DNA of 64,000 nt from a virus (IMGVR_UViG_3300028886_000047); one strand, 5' to 3'; positions 37,662 through 47,403 are shown, counted from the stretch's first letter. Notes: a model not told the origin generated them from the sequence alone. A program made the numbers and translations.

Positions 37662-38069
37662 TCATTCTTCATTCTCTTCATTCTCTGATACATTTAGACA
37701 TTTGTCGCCATATCTTATTAATTCCCAAAAGATTTCCCGTTTTTCAGGCGTATCTAAATATTCAATCGGCCTGTCTAAACAAAAGTGTAATTCATAACAC
37801 CATTCATGTTTATCATAAACAAAGCTTGCTATTACAAAACAACTCTCAGGATGTTTAAAACAACTTTTATGAATCCTATGATTCCAGTATTTTGGATCTG
37901 TTCTAAAAGAACTATCTAATTTGTCTTCTGTAAATTCATTTTCTCTTCCATAGTACTTATTAGGATACCATAAAACTATATCATAAGAAGGATTTTTAGG
38001 CCATTTATCTTTTGGTAATAAATAAGATGCTTGCCTTATTTCCAAATTCTCGATTCTTTTATTGGTCAT
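37662..38069 (-). CDS. hypothetical protein
   Basis: Track ORF. Confidence 0.4.
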   Translation of the reverse strand: MTNKRIENLEIRQASYLLPKDKWPKNPSYDIVLWYPNKYYGRENEFTEDKLDSSFRTDPKYWNHRIHKSCFKHPESCFVIASFVYDKHEWCYELHFCLDRPIEYLDTPEKREIFWELIRYGDKCLNVSENEENEE

Positions 38070-38214
38070 TTTACTTCCTTTTTACAGACAGTACACCTAT
38101 AACCAGTTACTTTATTACCAGATACTGTTTCATTAAACACTCGATTTCTTTTGCCATAGAGTTCATCTTGAAACTCATGCTGACATGTACATTGAATAAT
38201 TCTAGTCATAATTT

Positions 38215-38514
38215 TTATAAATAATTTGATTCTTCAATTTCTACACCTAACTGACGTAATCTTTCCTTACAATCATGAATAATTTTTTCGTAGTCTTTAC
38301 TACGAGGTTCTGTTTCTTTAGTACGGAGAACACGTTTTACAATATCTGCATCCCAAGCATTAAGTTCATATTCTAACCAAATATGCCAAGGTTGTATAAA
38401 ATGTTTACTATAATCAGATTCACCTACATTAAATGAATGTTCCTCATCAGGAAGCATCCCTAACTTCTTCAGTTTCTGATACGTTGTCCAATCTATCGTT
38501 ACTTCCGGGTTCAT
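38215..38514 (-). CDS. hypothetical protein (true start probably the internal Met near 38456, since the track ORF overlaps its upstream neighbour)
   Basis: Track ORF. Confidence 0.35.
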   Translation of the reverse strand: MNPEVTIDWTTYQKLKKLGMLPDEEHSFNVGESDYSKHFIQPWHIWLEYELNAWDADIVKRVLRTKETEPRSKDYEKIIHDCKERLRQLGVEIEESNYL

Positions 38515-38746
38515 TTCCTTTAACCATTAAAGTTGCACAATAGCCTACTAATCCATTAATCAATCTACGTCTAGATGCGGATAAATAGCTTTTCTTATCT
38601 TCTATCAAATCAAACTCTTCGAGAATTTCATTTGCTGTTAAATTTTTTAAATCTGTCGGAAGAAATGCTTTATTTTCTTCAATAATAGAAAGTAATTTTT
38701 CTTCTGACATTTCTGGGGCTTTATAAATCAAATCCTTAATCTTCAT
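38447..38746 (-). CDS. hypothetical protein
   Basis: Track ORF. Confidence 0.4.
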   Translation of the reverse strand: MKIKDLIYKAPEMSEEKLLSIIEENKAFLPTDLKNLTANEILEEFDLIEDKKSYLSASRRRLINGLVGYCATLMVKGNEPGSNDRLDNVSETEEVRDAS

Positions 38747-38848
38747 TGTAAGGTTCTACTTCAGTTATTTCTTTATTAACGACATCTACAAAATCATCAG
38801 AAACTATTTCATAATCCCAAGTATTAAGAACTTTTTCCTTAGCTTAAA

Positions 38849-39475
38849 TTACAAACAATATAATAATGTTGGATTATTTTTATGAACATCTATATCTGGA
38901 TATTTTTCTTTAAACTGTTGAAGATTAAAAGGTGTAGTAATTAAATGGATTCCATTTTTGGTTGGAATATCTGTAATTACCTTAGGTATATTTTGTCCCT
39001 TAATTATTCTAATAGGTTCACACTTATAATCAATAAAGTCAGCGATAGCTCCCCAGGTAGGTTCCAAATTAGGGTCATCAACATTATGGTCAATATCAAC
39101 AACCCATCTAGGCTCTTCTCCTTTTATTTCTCCAGCACAAGTATTCCAAGATTTCCAGATTTTCTTAAAATCTCCAATATAAGCTCTTTCTGCAAGATAC
39201 TTTAATTGAAGCATTGTAGTTTTCCTAATAGATTTCGGAGCAAGATTAATATATGCTCTTGCTCCAAAAAATTTACATAAGTCTTTTATTTCTTGCTCAA
39301 CATAGTCTAAACTTTCTAAACTACAAATAAAATATGCTTTAATCATTCTATTTGCAGCAGGAAGTTCTGGATGGTCTTTACCTCTTCTTAATATTTGTAA
39401 ATGATAGTAAATATCATCATTAGGAAATTTAAGAAAAGGTTTTATAAATTCAAAATTATCAATCATTGTTTCCAT
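38849..39475 (-). CDS. hypothetical protein (208 aa)
   Basis: Track ORF. No motif recognised. Confidence 0.4.
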   Translation of the reverse strand: METMIDNFEFIKPFLKFPNDDIYYHLQILRRGKDHPELPAANRMIKAYFICSLESLDYVEQEIKDLCKFFGARAYINLAPKSIRKTTMLQLKYLAERAYIGDFKKIWKSWNTCAGEIKGEEPRWVVDIDHNVDDPNLEPTWGAIADFIDYKCEPIRIIKGQNIPKVITDIPTKNGIHLITTPFNLQQFKEKYPDIDVHKNNPTLLYCL

Positions 39476-39680
39476 TTATAAGAGTAGATAAATTGTCCAT
39501 AAATCGTCCAATTATATCTTTATTAGACTGAAGACTTACATTTCTCTCTGTCAATCTGTTAATTGAATCTTGATTCTGATTATATTCTACCTCAATTTCG
39601 GTATTAAGTTTATTTAAGTCTTCTAAAGTTTTTGTAAACACAGAAGTTATCTTATTAAATTTTTCTAAATAATTTTTCAT
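39459..39680 (-). CDS. hypothetical coiled-coil protein
   Basis: Track ORF. Confidence 0.35.
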   Translation of the reverse strand: MKNYLEKFNKITSVFTKTLEDLNKLNTEIEVEYNQNQDSINRLTERNVSLQSNKDIIGRFMDNLSTLINGNND

Positions 39681-39683
39681 ATT

Positions 39684-40244
39684 TTATTCAGTTAATTTTG
39701 TACGATATTCTTTTAATGTCGTTAAAAACAAATTAGTATCTGTGAAACCACAAGATTTAAACTCTGGACAGAATCCTCGATATATACAATTAGGAATACA
39801 AGCATTAGCAAGTTCAGGTTCTATTTTTCTAAGTTCAAAGATTACTTCATTCCAGATTTTTCTTGTTTCACTTTCTGCTTTATTACAAAGCCTTGCCTTT
39901 GAGATATTAATAATTTCTTGTGCATTTAAAAATAATCTCATATTTACAGGGTCAGTTTTTTTTTGTTCTTCTCTTGGAATCTGCTTCCCATCTATGTCTG
40001 GACGTGAAGTACTTACGAAAGGTTGTGAATGTACATGTCGAACGAGATGTACTGACACATAATTTGGAATGTCATAAAAATCTATATTGAACATTAAACA
40101 TCTCAAAGGAGAATGTTCTGCTTTAATAATATTCTTTTTAAATTCAACTGAAGGTTCTTTATCAAGAAGCTCTTTTCTCTGTGTAAATCTAGCTGCATTA
40201 AGAACGTCTTTCCAAGAAGTTACTTTTGTTATTTCAATTCTCAT
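39684..40244 (-). CDS. possible divergent ThyX-like (flavin-dependent thymidylate synthase) protein
   Basis: N-terminal ...NAARFTQ and RHVHSQPFVSTSR resemble the ThyX AARv... and RHR-x7-SxR motifs. The match is weak and the protein is short (186 aa). Confidence 0.3.
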   Translation of the reverse strand: MRIEITKVTSWKDVLNAARFTQRKELLDKEPSVEFKKNIIKAEHSPLRCLMFNIDFYDIPNYVSVHLVRHVHSQPFVSTSRPDIDGKQIPREEQKKTDPVNMRLFLNAQEIINISKARLCNKAESETRKIWNEVIFELRKIEPELANACIPNCIYRGFCPEFKSCGFTDTNLFLTTLKEYRTKLTE

Positions 40245-40521
40245 CCTTTATAACTCTAATTATACAATTTTGTCCATAAAGAGACCCTTCTATACAACAA
40301 CACTTTTTGGAAGGAGAACAATAATGAGTCCAAAATTCAAAATCATCATCTTTTTTCCATCCAGCTTCATCCAAACAATTAGAAAAAAGATTCCAAGATA
40401 TATTTGGACCTAAATCTATTTCATCCTCTTCTCCAGAATCTATGTCATGTAAAGCATTCATTATTGCTGATTTCATATATTTTTCAGCATTTTCTATATC
40501 TGTTTTAATATATTTATTCAT
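40234..40521 (-). CDS. hypothetical protein
   Basis: Track ORF. Its ATG overlaps the TGA of the HNH gene. Confidence 0.4.
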   Translation of the reverse strand: MNKYIKTDIENAEKYMKSAIMNALHDIDSGEEDEIDLGPNISWNLFSNCLDEAGWKKDDDFEFWTHYCSPSKKCCCIEGSLYGQNCIIRVIKDEN

Positions 40522-41240
40522 TTATTTAAATATTTACTTAAATTTTTAACTAAAAGAGAAAGTTCTTCTAAAGTTGCATTATTTTTTAATGTGTTTGCTC
40601 TTTTAGAAATAACCCATACATTTCCTTTAATATAACCTTTAGTAGAATCTATTCTATCTATAGAATAAGAATTATCCTAAGCACTTCCATAATGTGAATC
40701 TAATGGTATTTCTAATAATGGACATGTCTCTGGCAAAGTTATATCAGATGGTTCAATATTAAAATCTAAATTTTTATTCTAAGCTCGCTATTTGGCAGAT
40801 CTTATTAACTACTTAATTAAACTTTCTTTATTTAAATGCCTAGTTTCAATATTTTTTAAATTTTCCTAAGCCCTATATTCATCGTTTAATCTTTTTTCTC
40901 TTCTTGCCAATTTTCTCTACTCATTTCTTTTTCCATCTGATTCATATTTTTCTTTACAACATTCCTTGCACATAGCTCTATATCCGTATTTTCCTGATTT
41001 CATTTTATGAAATTCACTAAACGGTTTAAATTCTCCACAATGTGTACAAGTTCTTCCAGTAATTCCTTCATTTGGATCTAAAGTCTATTTATATTTTACA
41101 ATTAGACCATAATCTGTTAGTATCTTTGATACTGTATGTCTATCTAAATTTACTTTTTCTCCTATTTTAGTTAAAGATAAATTCTACTCTTTATATAAAG
41201 ATATTATTTCCTATATTAATTTATTATTTATTTCTTTCAT
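40518..41240 (-). CDS. HNH (HNH_3/I-HmuI-like) homing endonuclease with N-terminal HTH and zinc-binding cysteines; TAG-recoded (8 in-frame TAG)
   Basis: ATG 41240-41238 to TGA 40520-40518. With TAG read as Q: ...ETCPLLEIPLDSHYGSAQDNSYSIDRIDSTKGYIKGNVWVISKRANTLKNN matches HNH_3. All three stop codons break this region in the track, leaving a 740-bp gap with no ORF. CTHCGEFKPF...MCKECC cysteine cluster. Confidence 0.65.
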
Positions 41241-41263
41241 TTTTTATAAAACTTAGTTTAGTA

Positions 41264-41923
41264 TCAATGCACCCAGAAGGTAGGCAATTCCCCATTAGGT
41301 AGTCTTGAAATATCTGCAGAAAGAAGCACTCTAGTACAGAACGGCTTAGCTCCTTTCTCCATACATTGTCGGAGTACTGATGCTACTTCTTCTGCAATAG
41401 AATCAGGAGCTTCTACATTCCATTCATCATGACATTGCAGACATATTAAAACTTTATTTTGATAATTATTTTTTAATATCCATTTAAAGAATAATATGCC
41501 TGACAATTTTGTTGCCATTGCTCCTCTATTTTGTATTCTGTAATTAATAGAATCTTTTTGAATATCTGTTTTAAATTTATTCCATTGTCCTAGCCAATAC
41601 ACTTCTTTACTATAAGGGTCATCACTTTTCATACTTTGATATGCTTCCCACCATCCAGGTTGACTTGTAAAATCTCTAATAGCTTTCCATTTATTGTCCC
41701 AATCTTCTATATGTGCTCTATGTCCAGTTACTGGATTCATTAAAATATATCCACGTTTTATTACCTCTTTACGACAATAATCTTGATATTTTTTAACTCC
41801 AGGGAAACCTTTCATATAAGAATCATAAATTTCTTTAGCTTCCTTTGGGTCTAGGCCATTGTTTTGTACCATAGTGGAATCATTTCCTCCGTAATTTATT
41901 GCGACAAATAGATATAACAACAA
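41264..41923 (-). CDS. polA: family A DNA polymerase, C-terminal part (rest of motif B AINYGG, motif C LQCHDEW)
   Basis: ...FVAINYGGNDSTM continues motif B, which is broken at the end of ORF 43034..44710. HDE motif C is present. Confidence 0.7.
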   Translation of the reverse strand: MLLYLFVAINYGGNDSTMVQNNGLDPKEAKEIYDSYMKGFPGVKKYQDYCRKEVIKRGYILMNPVTGHRAHIEDWDNKWKAIRDFTSQPGWWEAYQSMKSDDPYSKEVYWLGQWNKFKTDIQKDSINYRIQNRGAMATKLSGILFFKWILKNNYQNKVLICLQCHDEWNVEAPDSIAEEVASVLRQCMEKGAKPFCTRVLLSADISRLPNGELPTFWVH

Positions 41924-43045
41924 AATATCTATCGGACTATCTCATAACCATATACTTATAAGTACTTAGGTCCGGAATGCTTAAACTGGTTATTAAGAGA
42001 CTAAATCTCTCCAGTAGTCTCTGCACCTCTCGAAGTTGTATCTTCGATTTGGCTCATGGTTGGCCCTGACACTGCTTTCCATGAATTCGTTCCGTTTGCA
42101 TAAGAGAGTTTCCAACTCTTAGGAGCTCGTTTTAAATAAATACCTTTATATGGTGTTCCATCAGTACAATGATTAGCTATTTTACTTGGGTCCAATGTTT
42201 TTCTACCATTAGACCTTAATTTTAAAGGTAAATCATTATATTCCGATTTACTATATTCCACTAAATCTGATGTACACCAAAAAGTATTTAGCCAGTTTTT
42301 ATTTATATCATATACAACAATATATGCTGACCTATCTTTTATTTTTTGAGCATTATTCATATGTACTGCTTTCATAGCAGCACTTACTCCATTTTTTTTA
42401 GGCTTACGCATATTTTTCGTTTGTTCTTCGGTCATTTTTATTCCTTTATTCCAGGCTTTCATGCCTTTATAATAACCTCTTTTTTCGGAATATTCTTTAA
42501 TAAATTGTTCGTATTCTTCCGGAGAAAGTTCCTCTTTTTTCTTTCTCCACCATTCTTTATGTGTTATAGAACTTTTTTCACAAGAAGAAATATTTAACAT
42601 TGGAGAAAAATTTGGATTTGGATTTTCATTATAACCATTATTATAACTATCAAACTTTTCTATATAAAAAGCTTCTCTATCCAATAAAATATTTTTATCT
42701 TCTATTATCTCCAATATTTCACAAACAAAACAATCAGTTCCGAACTCATTCCAATCTTGTTGTAATGATTTACAATGATGTTTTTGTGTCTTTAATTTTG
42801 ACACATGTTGTTTAAATCTTGACATAAATGATTTCCAAGTACTTCCAACATATACCATATTGTTTTTAGTATTGTAAATCCTATAAATGCCTTTTAATTT
42901 TAAATTGTCAATTTCTTCTGATTTAATTTTTACTTTCATAATATTTTTATTTTAATTCCAAATAAAAATATTAATTTAAGGCATAAAACAAAAGGCATTT
43001 ATATTTAATTTATGTTAAAATTTGTTTTGTCATTTACTCAATGGA
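41924..43045 (-). mobile_element. insertion interrupting polA at motif B: putative group I intron (or free-standing HEG cassette) carrying a GIY-YIG endonuclease
   Basis: Exon 1 reads ...YRQAAK then stops after SIE. Exon 2 resumes ...AINYGG. A 312-aa GIY-YIG ORF with its own start lies between, with ~80-90 nt untranslated flanks. Confidence 0.45.
42001..42939 (-). CDS. GIY-YIG homing endonuclease (standard code)
   Basis: N-terminal KGIYRIYNTKNNMVYVGSTWKSFMSRFKQH is the GIY-(x10)-YVG motif. It sits inside polA. Confidence 0.7.
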   Translation of the reverse strand: MKVKIKSEEIDNLKLKGIYRIYNTKNNMVYVGSTWKSFMSRFKQHVSKLKTQKHHCKSLQQDWNEFGTDCFVCEILEIIEDKNILLDREAFYIEKFDSYNNGYNENPNPNFSPMLNISSCEKSSITHKEWWRKKKEELSPEEYEQFIKEYSEKRGYYKGMKAWNKGIKMTEEQTKNMRKPKKNGVSAAMKAVHMNNAQKIKDRSAYIVVYDINKNWLNTFWCTSDLVEYSKSEYNDLPLKLRSNGRKTLDPSKIANHCTDGTPYKGIYLKRAPKSWKLSYANGTNSWKAVSGPTMSQIEDTTSRGAETTGEI

Positions 43046-44710
43046 TTTGGCAGCTTGTCTGTATTGTTTATATTTTTTAGGTATTTCAGATATAGGAGTA
43101 TCTCTTGGAATTGCTTTTGGGTATGACATGTAAGCTACTAACGCATGCATATCAGCACATTCTCCAGGATCGTATATATGTAACATAGCAGCATCATTAG
43201 CTACAGATGCTAGAACACGACTTTCTTGCGATTGAAAATCTTCTGAAATCCATTTATTACCTTTTTCAGATATAAAACAAGCTCTAGTCTCAGCTTTTCT
43301 TGGAATTTGTTGACAATTTACTCCAGACTCTCCTCCCCCACTACTTAATCTAGCTGTAGCGGTACCTAGTTGATGAAAATCGGCATGTATTCTACCTGTT
43401 ACTGGATTAATTGCCTTTAACCAATTTTCTCCAAAAGAATCACAAACTTTAGAAGCTTCTTTGAATTTTACATAAGCATCAGCTAGTTCTGGACATACAT
43501 TTCGCTGAGATTTAATGGTATCAGAATCAGTAGACTTTTTCTTTTGTTTAGTCTTTTTATCAAAGGTATCAAGTTTAAACCCCAATAATTCAAAAAATGG
43601 AATTGTTTGTTTTGGACTTTTCCAATTTATGTTACAAAATGGAGTTGGATCAAATTCTTGAAACAAATCCATCTGTAAATTTTGTTCTATATAAGGAAAA
43701 GGAACTTCAACTTCTTCGCAATAAAGAGTTCCTACATCTTCTATGCCAGAATCTCTGGTATAATACTTTTTAAATTTTTTGGCTGGCGGAAATAATTTTA
43801 TATTATATTTTTTAAGGTCTTCTTCATCATGAAGCCATTGCGTATCTAAAACGTGTTCTACAACTATTGTTTTAAACCTAATATTTCCTTGATGTTCATT
43901 AAAATATTTAAGAACAAAATCATTTAATTTTTTAGAGGCTTCTTTTTGCTTGTCCTTATCCTTAGCCATTTTAGCTTTCCACTTTTCTACGTCAAGTTTA
44001 ACTCCACAAAATTCTATATAAGCAAGGACTTTAACAAATTCGTTTTCTAAATCTACTGCTTTTTGAAGTTCCTCTCTATCAATATCCTTTTGTTGAGATT
44101 CCTTAATGTCTTCCAGATACATTACATCTGTGGCAGCATACTGCACAACTTCTGGAGTTAATCCAACTGTTTTAATTCGACCTCTGACAGTTTTATCTAG
44201 TTCTATTCCCAGTCTGTTTTTTCCAACAGCTTTTAAAGAGCAACTAATTTCATAATAAGGTTCTTTAGTTTGTTTATTTTCTTTTTGCAAATATGGAAAT
44301 GAATATCCTTCATTAACATACTCACGTGGAGGAATAGGCCTACGACTATATCCAAGCCAAATTAACTGTTCAGCTAACATAGTATCATATACATGTTTAG
44401 GCCATATATCATAGTAATATAAATATTTTAAATCAAAAGCTGCGTTATGAAATATAAATAAACGTTCTGACTCAAAAAATTCTTTAAAAAGTTTTATAGA
44501 ATAAGAGGACTGATCAAATACATATTGATTTTCTTTATTTCCTAGTTGATAACATAATAAAGGCTTAGTATAGACATCTAATCCCATTGTTTCAGTATCA
44601 ACCTGAATGACTTCTAGTTTTTCTAATGCTTCTTTGGCTTCATCAAAAGAAATTTCCTTATATAAATCAGTTTCAAAGAGTTGCTTTTGATTACTTATAA
44701 GAAATATCAT
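43034..44710 (-). CDS. polA: family A DNA polymerase, N-terminal part: 3'-5' exonuclease (Exo I VDTET, Exo II NAAFD, Exo III YAATD) plus palm with motif A DFQSQESRVLA and start of motif B RQAAK
   Basis: Motifs seen directly in the translation. Confidence 0.8.
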   Translation of the reverse strand: MIFLISNQKQLFETDLYKEISFDEAKEALEKLEVIQVDTETMGLDVYTKPLLCYQLGNKENQYVFDQSSYSIKLFKEFFESERLFIFHNAAFDLKYLYYYDIWPKHVYDTMLAEQLIWLGYSRRPIPPREYVNEGYSFPYLQKENKQTKEPYYEISCSLKAVGKNRLGIELDKTVRGRIKTVGLTPEVVQYAATDVMYLEDIKESQQKDIDREELQKAVDLENEFVKVLAYIEFCGVKLDVEKWKAKMAKDKDKQKEASKKLNDFVLKYFNEHQGNIRFKTIVVEHVLDTQWLHDEEDLKKYNIKLFPPAKKFKKYYTRDSGIEDVGTLYCEEVEVPFPYIEQNLQMDLFQEFDPTPFCNINWKSPKQTIPFFELLGFKLDTFDKKTKQKKKSTDSDTIKSQRNVCPELADAYVKFKEASKVCDSFGENWLKAINPVTGRIHADFHQLGTATARLSSGGGESGVNCQQIPRKAETRACFISEKGNKWISEDFQSQESRVLASVANDAAMLHIYDPGECADMHALVAYMSYPKAIPRDTPISEIPKKYKQYRQAAKSIE

Positions 44711-45057
44711 TTCATTAAGTCTAAATTTCTAATAATAGTTATCTTTGGTGTCCACAGTTCGCCAATTTCTCCTTTGTTGCATCCAAATCCTATGTATTTA
44801 ATATCGGGAAAATAGTTAAATAAATAACTTGTAACCATTGTAGTGCAGTTTGGGGTTTCATAATCACCTTGATAAAGTTGAACATGGGAACCAGGCCAGT
44901 AATATCCGCGAATTGACCACAACCAGTTGAATCCGTATTTCTTTGAAAGAAACACATGCATATCTTTTCTATCAGCACTACTAGGAGTGGAAACATGTAA
45001 ATCATCTCCTTCTAACCAAATAGGTATTCTCTTTTCTAAAAATTCTTGTTCAGTCAT
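44707..45057 (-). CDS. hypothetical protein
   Basis: Track ORF. Confidence 0.4.
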   Translation of the reverse strand: MTEQEFLEKRIPIWLEGDDLHVSTPSSADRKDMHVFLSKKYGFNWLWSIRGYYWPGSHVQLYQGDYETPNCTTMVTSYLFNYFPDIKYIGFGCNKGEIGELWTPKITIIRNLDLMK

Positions 45058-45248
45058 TTTTCTATATTAATTGTATTACCCATATATTTAATAATATAAT
45101 AAGTATCTGTTTCAGTAATAAGGTTAGATAAATTATTTTTAATTTCTTCTATCCAATGTTTATCTAAAGGAGAAAGCGTCATAACATTTCCAACAGGTTT
45201 TATACACATGGTATTCCAACTAATTAAGAAATTTTTAAATTCATTCAT
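45054..45248 (-). CDS. hypothetical protein
   Basis: Track ORF. Confidence 0.35.
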   Translation of the reverse strand: MNEFKNFLISWNTMCIKPVGNVMTLSPLDKHWIEEIKNNLSNLITETDTYYIIKYMGNTINIEK

Positions 45249-45561
45249 TTAATCTCTTATTTAAATAATTAATAAACCATTCTTTCTTCGGCCAAGCTAC
45301 CTTTCCAGACCAACGATGGTTCCAGCTATCTATATAATTAATTTGTATCTTAACATTTTTATTTGCAAATGATGTTTTATATTTATCTAATAGTTCTTCA
45401 GTATCAGTATCCTTATTAATATATTTATCTAACCCTATAAAATATGTTTCAAATACCTCATTTAAAGTACATTTCTTTTTAATAATCTTCTTATTATCTG
45501 GAAATATTATTCCTATTTGATAATAAGACGGAGTTTTAGTGGGTAACTTTGGTATACGCAT
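45241..45561 (-). CDS. hypothetical protein
   Basis: Track ORF. Confidence 0.4.
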   Translation of the reverse strand: MRIPKLPTKTPSYYQIGIIFPDNKKIIKKKCTLNEVFETYFIGLDKYINKDTDTEELLDKYKTSFANKNVKIQINYIDSWNHRWSGKVAWPKKEWFINYLNKRLNE

Positions 45562-45709
45562 CTAAATTATTAACAACAATACTAGTAATTGGTTTTTTAG
45601 AGCCATAAATCTCAGAATTTGGAAACTTTTCTTTTAAAAGATGAAAACTTTCTGAAATACTGTCAATAATTGTTCCACAATCATTTGTTGTTACTGTAAA
45701 ATAAATCAT
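45536..45709 (-). CDS. small ORF (57 aa), ATGA-coupled to upstream gene
   Basis: ATG 45709 overlaps the TGA of 45706..46029. Fills a 144-bp gap. Confidence 0.25.
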   Translation of the reverse strand: MIYFTVTTNDCGTIIDSISESFHLLKEKFPNSEIYGSKKPITSIVVNNLDAYTKVTH

Positions 45710-46029
45710 TGTTTTGTGTGCATAAATTCATATAAAAAGTTAGAAAAAGTTTGAGCCATTTCCTCAGAAAATTCAGTATTATAATACCATTGAAAAGAAT
45801 GAATTAGTTCGTGATAAAATGTTCTTTCCATATCTTCATCAGTCTGGTCATATACTTCATTTTCTTCCTCAACTTTTCTACCCAACTCTATCTCATTTCT
45901 TGCCGGAGAAAAATCTCCAAATCTGCCATCCTCTAATATATCTTTCTGAATAACTTTAATAGTTTTTCCACCTGCTATTTTAAACTCATTTGGAATATTC
46001 ATAATAATGACTTTAAAGTTTTTCCACAC
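45706..46029 (-). CDS. small HExxH metallopeptidase-like protein (YHELIHSF)
   Basis: A single HExxH motif. Located immediately downstream of the sigma factor gene. Confidence 0.3.
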   Translation of the reverse strand: MWKNFKVIIMNIPNEFKIAGGKTIKVIQKDILEDGRFGDFSPARNEIELGRKVEEENEVYDQTDEDMERTFYHELIHSFQWYYNTEFSEEMAQTFSNFLYEFMHTKQ

Positions 46030-46838
46030 CTTTGACGTAATTTTTTAATTGCGTTCTTTCTTAATTGTCTAACTCTTTCTTCTCCCAGATTTAAATCTTT
46101 TGCTATTTCTTTAATAGGTTTCTCTACTCCCTCTAATCCATAAAAAAGTATTATAACTTCTTTTTCTTTCGGAGTTAATATAGAAAGAGTATCTAAGATT
46201 GTAGAACGGTTAAAATTATCAATGATGTTAGAATTTTTATCTGGAATTATATCACTTAAAGTACATTTCTCGTCTAATAGTATTGGAGTATCAAGAGATT
46301 GAATATAAGACCTATTAACAATAGTAGCTTTATATTGATTTTCTGTAAAATCAGTTAATTCGATAATTTCCTCTGGGGTAGGTTCTCTACCATTTTTAGT
46401 CACAAAATTCTCTATAACCTTTTTAGACTTCGATAATTTACTTATATAAGTTATTGGATATCGAATTGTTCTACTAGTATTATAAATTTCTTTTAGAATT
46501 TCTCTTCTAATGTACCATACTGCAAAACTTAAAAATTTATATCCTTTATCGGGATTAAATTTATCTAAACTTTGAATTAGTCCACATACTCCACAATCAA
46601 TCAAATCGACGAGTGGAACTCCTTGATTCACATATTTTTTAGCACAAGTTATAATAAACCTTAAATTACTATTTACTAATTTGTCTTGTGCTTTTAAATC
46701 TCCATTTTTAGCTTTTCGAGCTAATTCAATCTGTTCCTCACTAGAAAGTATTGGATAGCGAGAAATATCTTTAAATAATACTTTTAATATATCTGAATTT
46801 TCATTTAATATATTTTTAGATATTTTTATTTCCTTCAT
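45999..46838 (-). CDS. sigma-70 family RNA polymerase sigma factor (regions 2 and 4 present, no region 1)
   Basis: Region 2: ...LRFIITCAKKY...LVDLIDCGVCGLIQSLDKFNPDKGYKFLSFAVWYIRREI. Region 4.2: IAKDLNLGEERVRQLRKNAIKKLR. Confidence 0.7.
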   Translation of the reverse strand: MKEIKISKNILNENSDILKVLFKDISRYPILSSEEQIELARKAKNGDLKAQDKLVNSNLRFIITCAKKYVNQGVPLVDLIDCGVCGLIQSLDKFNPDKGYKFLSFAVWYIRREILKEIYNTSRTIRYPITYISKLSKSKKVIENFVTKNGREPTPEEIIELTDFTENQYKATIVNRSYIQSLDTPILLDEKCTLSDIIPDKNSNIIDNFNRSTILDTLSILTPKEKEVIILFYGLEGVEKPIKEIAKDLNLGEERVRQLRKNAIKKLRQRCGKTLKSLL

Positions 46839-47356
46839 ACTTGTCCAGTCTTCTCTAAATAACGATATAATTGATTTTGAGTAATTCCTTCTTTATACAT
46901 ACATTCCTGTCTAGATGAATAGGTTTTGCCATTATAAATACAAGTTTTGGCAGGTTTTCCGCTATTATTATGTTTATAATTTGGGTCAGTAAATCTTTCT
47001 ATCTGGTGTTGTTTTTTCTTTTCAATAACATCTCTGATTTCTTTTATAGATTGCAATTTTCTATGTCGAATTGGAGTATAGGATAATAACTTTATTTCAT
47101 AATGATTTTCCTTTATAAATTGAATTAGTTTTAACCAGTCTCTTTTTTTAATTCCTTCAAATTTGCCACAATAAATTCCTAATCCATTATCTCCATTTAT
47201 ATCCCAATCTAAAAGTTTTATAAGATTACTTCTTATTTTATTATCATCAGAAGTATCTTCATCACTATTGTACATATAACGAGCGTAAGCATTAATTAAC
47301 TTACGCTCGTCAATTTCTCTAAGAAGGTTTACATTAACAATTAATTGAATCATCAT
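46835..47356 (-). CDS. hypothetical protein
   Basis: Track ORF. Confidence 0.4.
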   Translation of the reverse strand: MMIQLIVNVNLLREIDERKLINAYARYMYNSDEDTSDDNKIRSNLIKLLDWDINGDNGLGIYCGKFEGIKKRDWLKLIQFIKENHYEIKLLSYTPIRHRKLQSIKEIRDVIEKKKQHQIERFTDPNYKHNNSGKPAKTCIYNGKTYSSRQECMYKEGITQNQLYRYLEKTGQV

Positions 47357-47403
47357 TCTGCCTCTTATATGTTACACGTTCTTCAAATTCAACATAATAC
47401 TTT

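Noticed and set aside
38849-39475. Candidate additional NAD-pathway enzyme (PncB/NadE/Nampt) near the PncA/NadD cluster
   Set aside because: No PP-loop SGGxDS motif or phosphoribosyltransferase motif was seen in nearby ORFs. Left as hypothetical.
41924-43045. Intein as explanation for the polA interruption
   Set aside because: The GIY-YIG ORF has its own start and stop and is flanked by untranslated sequence. Exon 1 ends with an in-frame stop. It is not an in-frame protein insertion.
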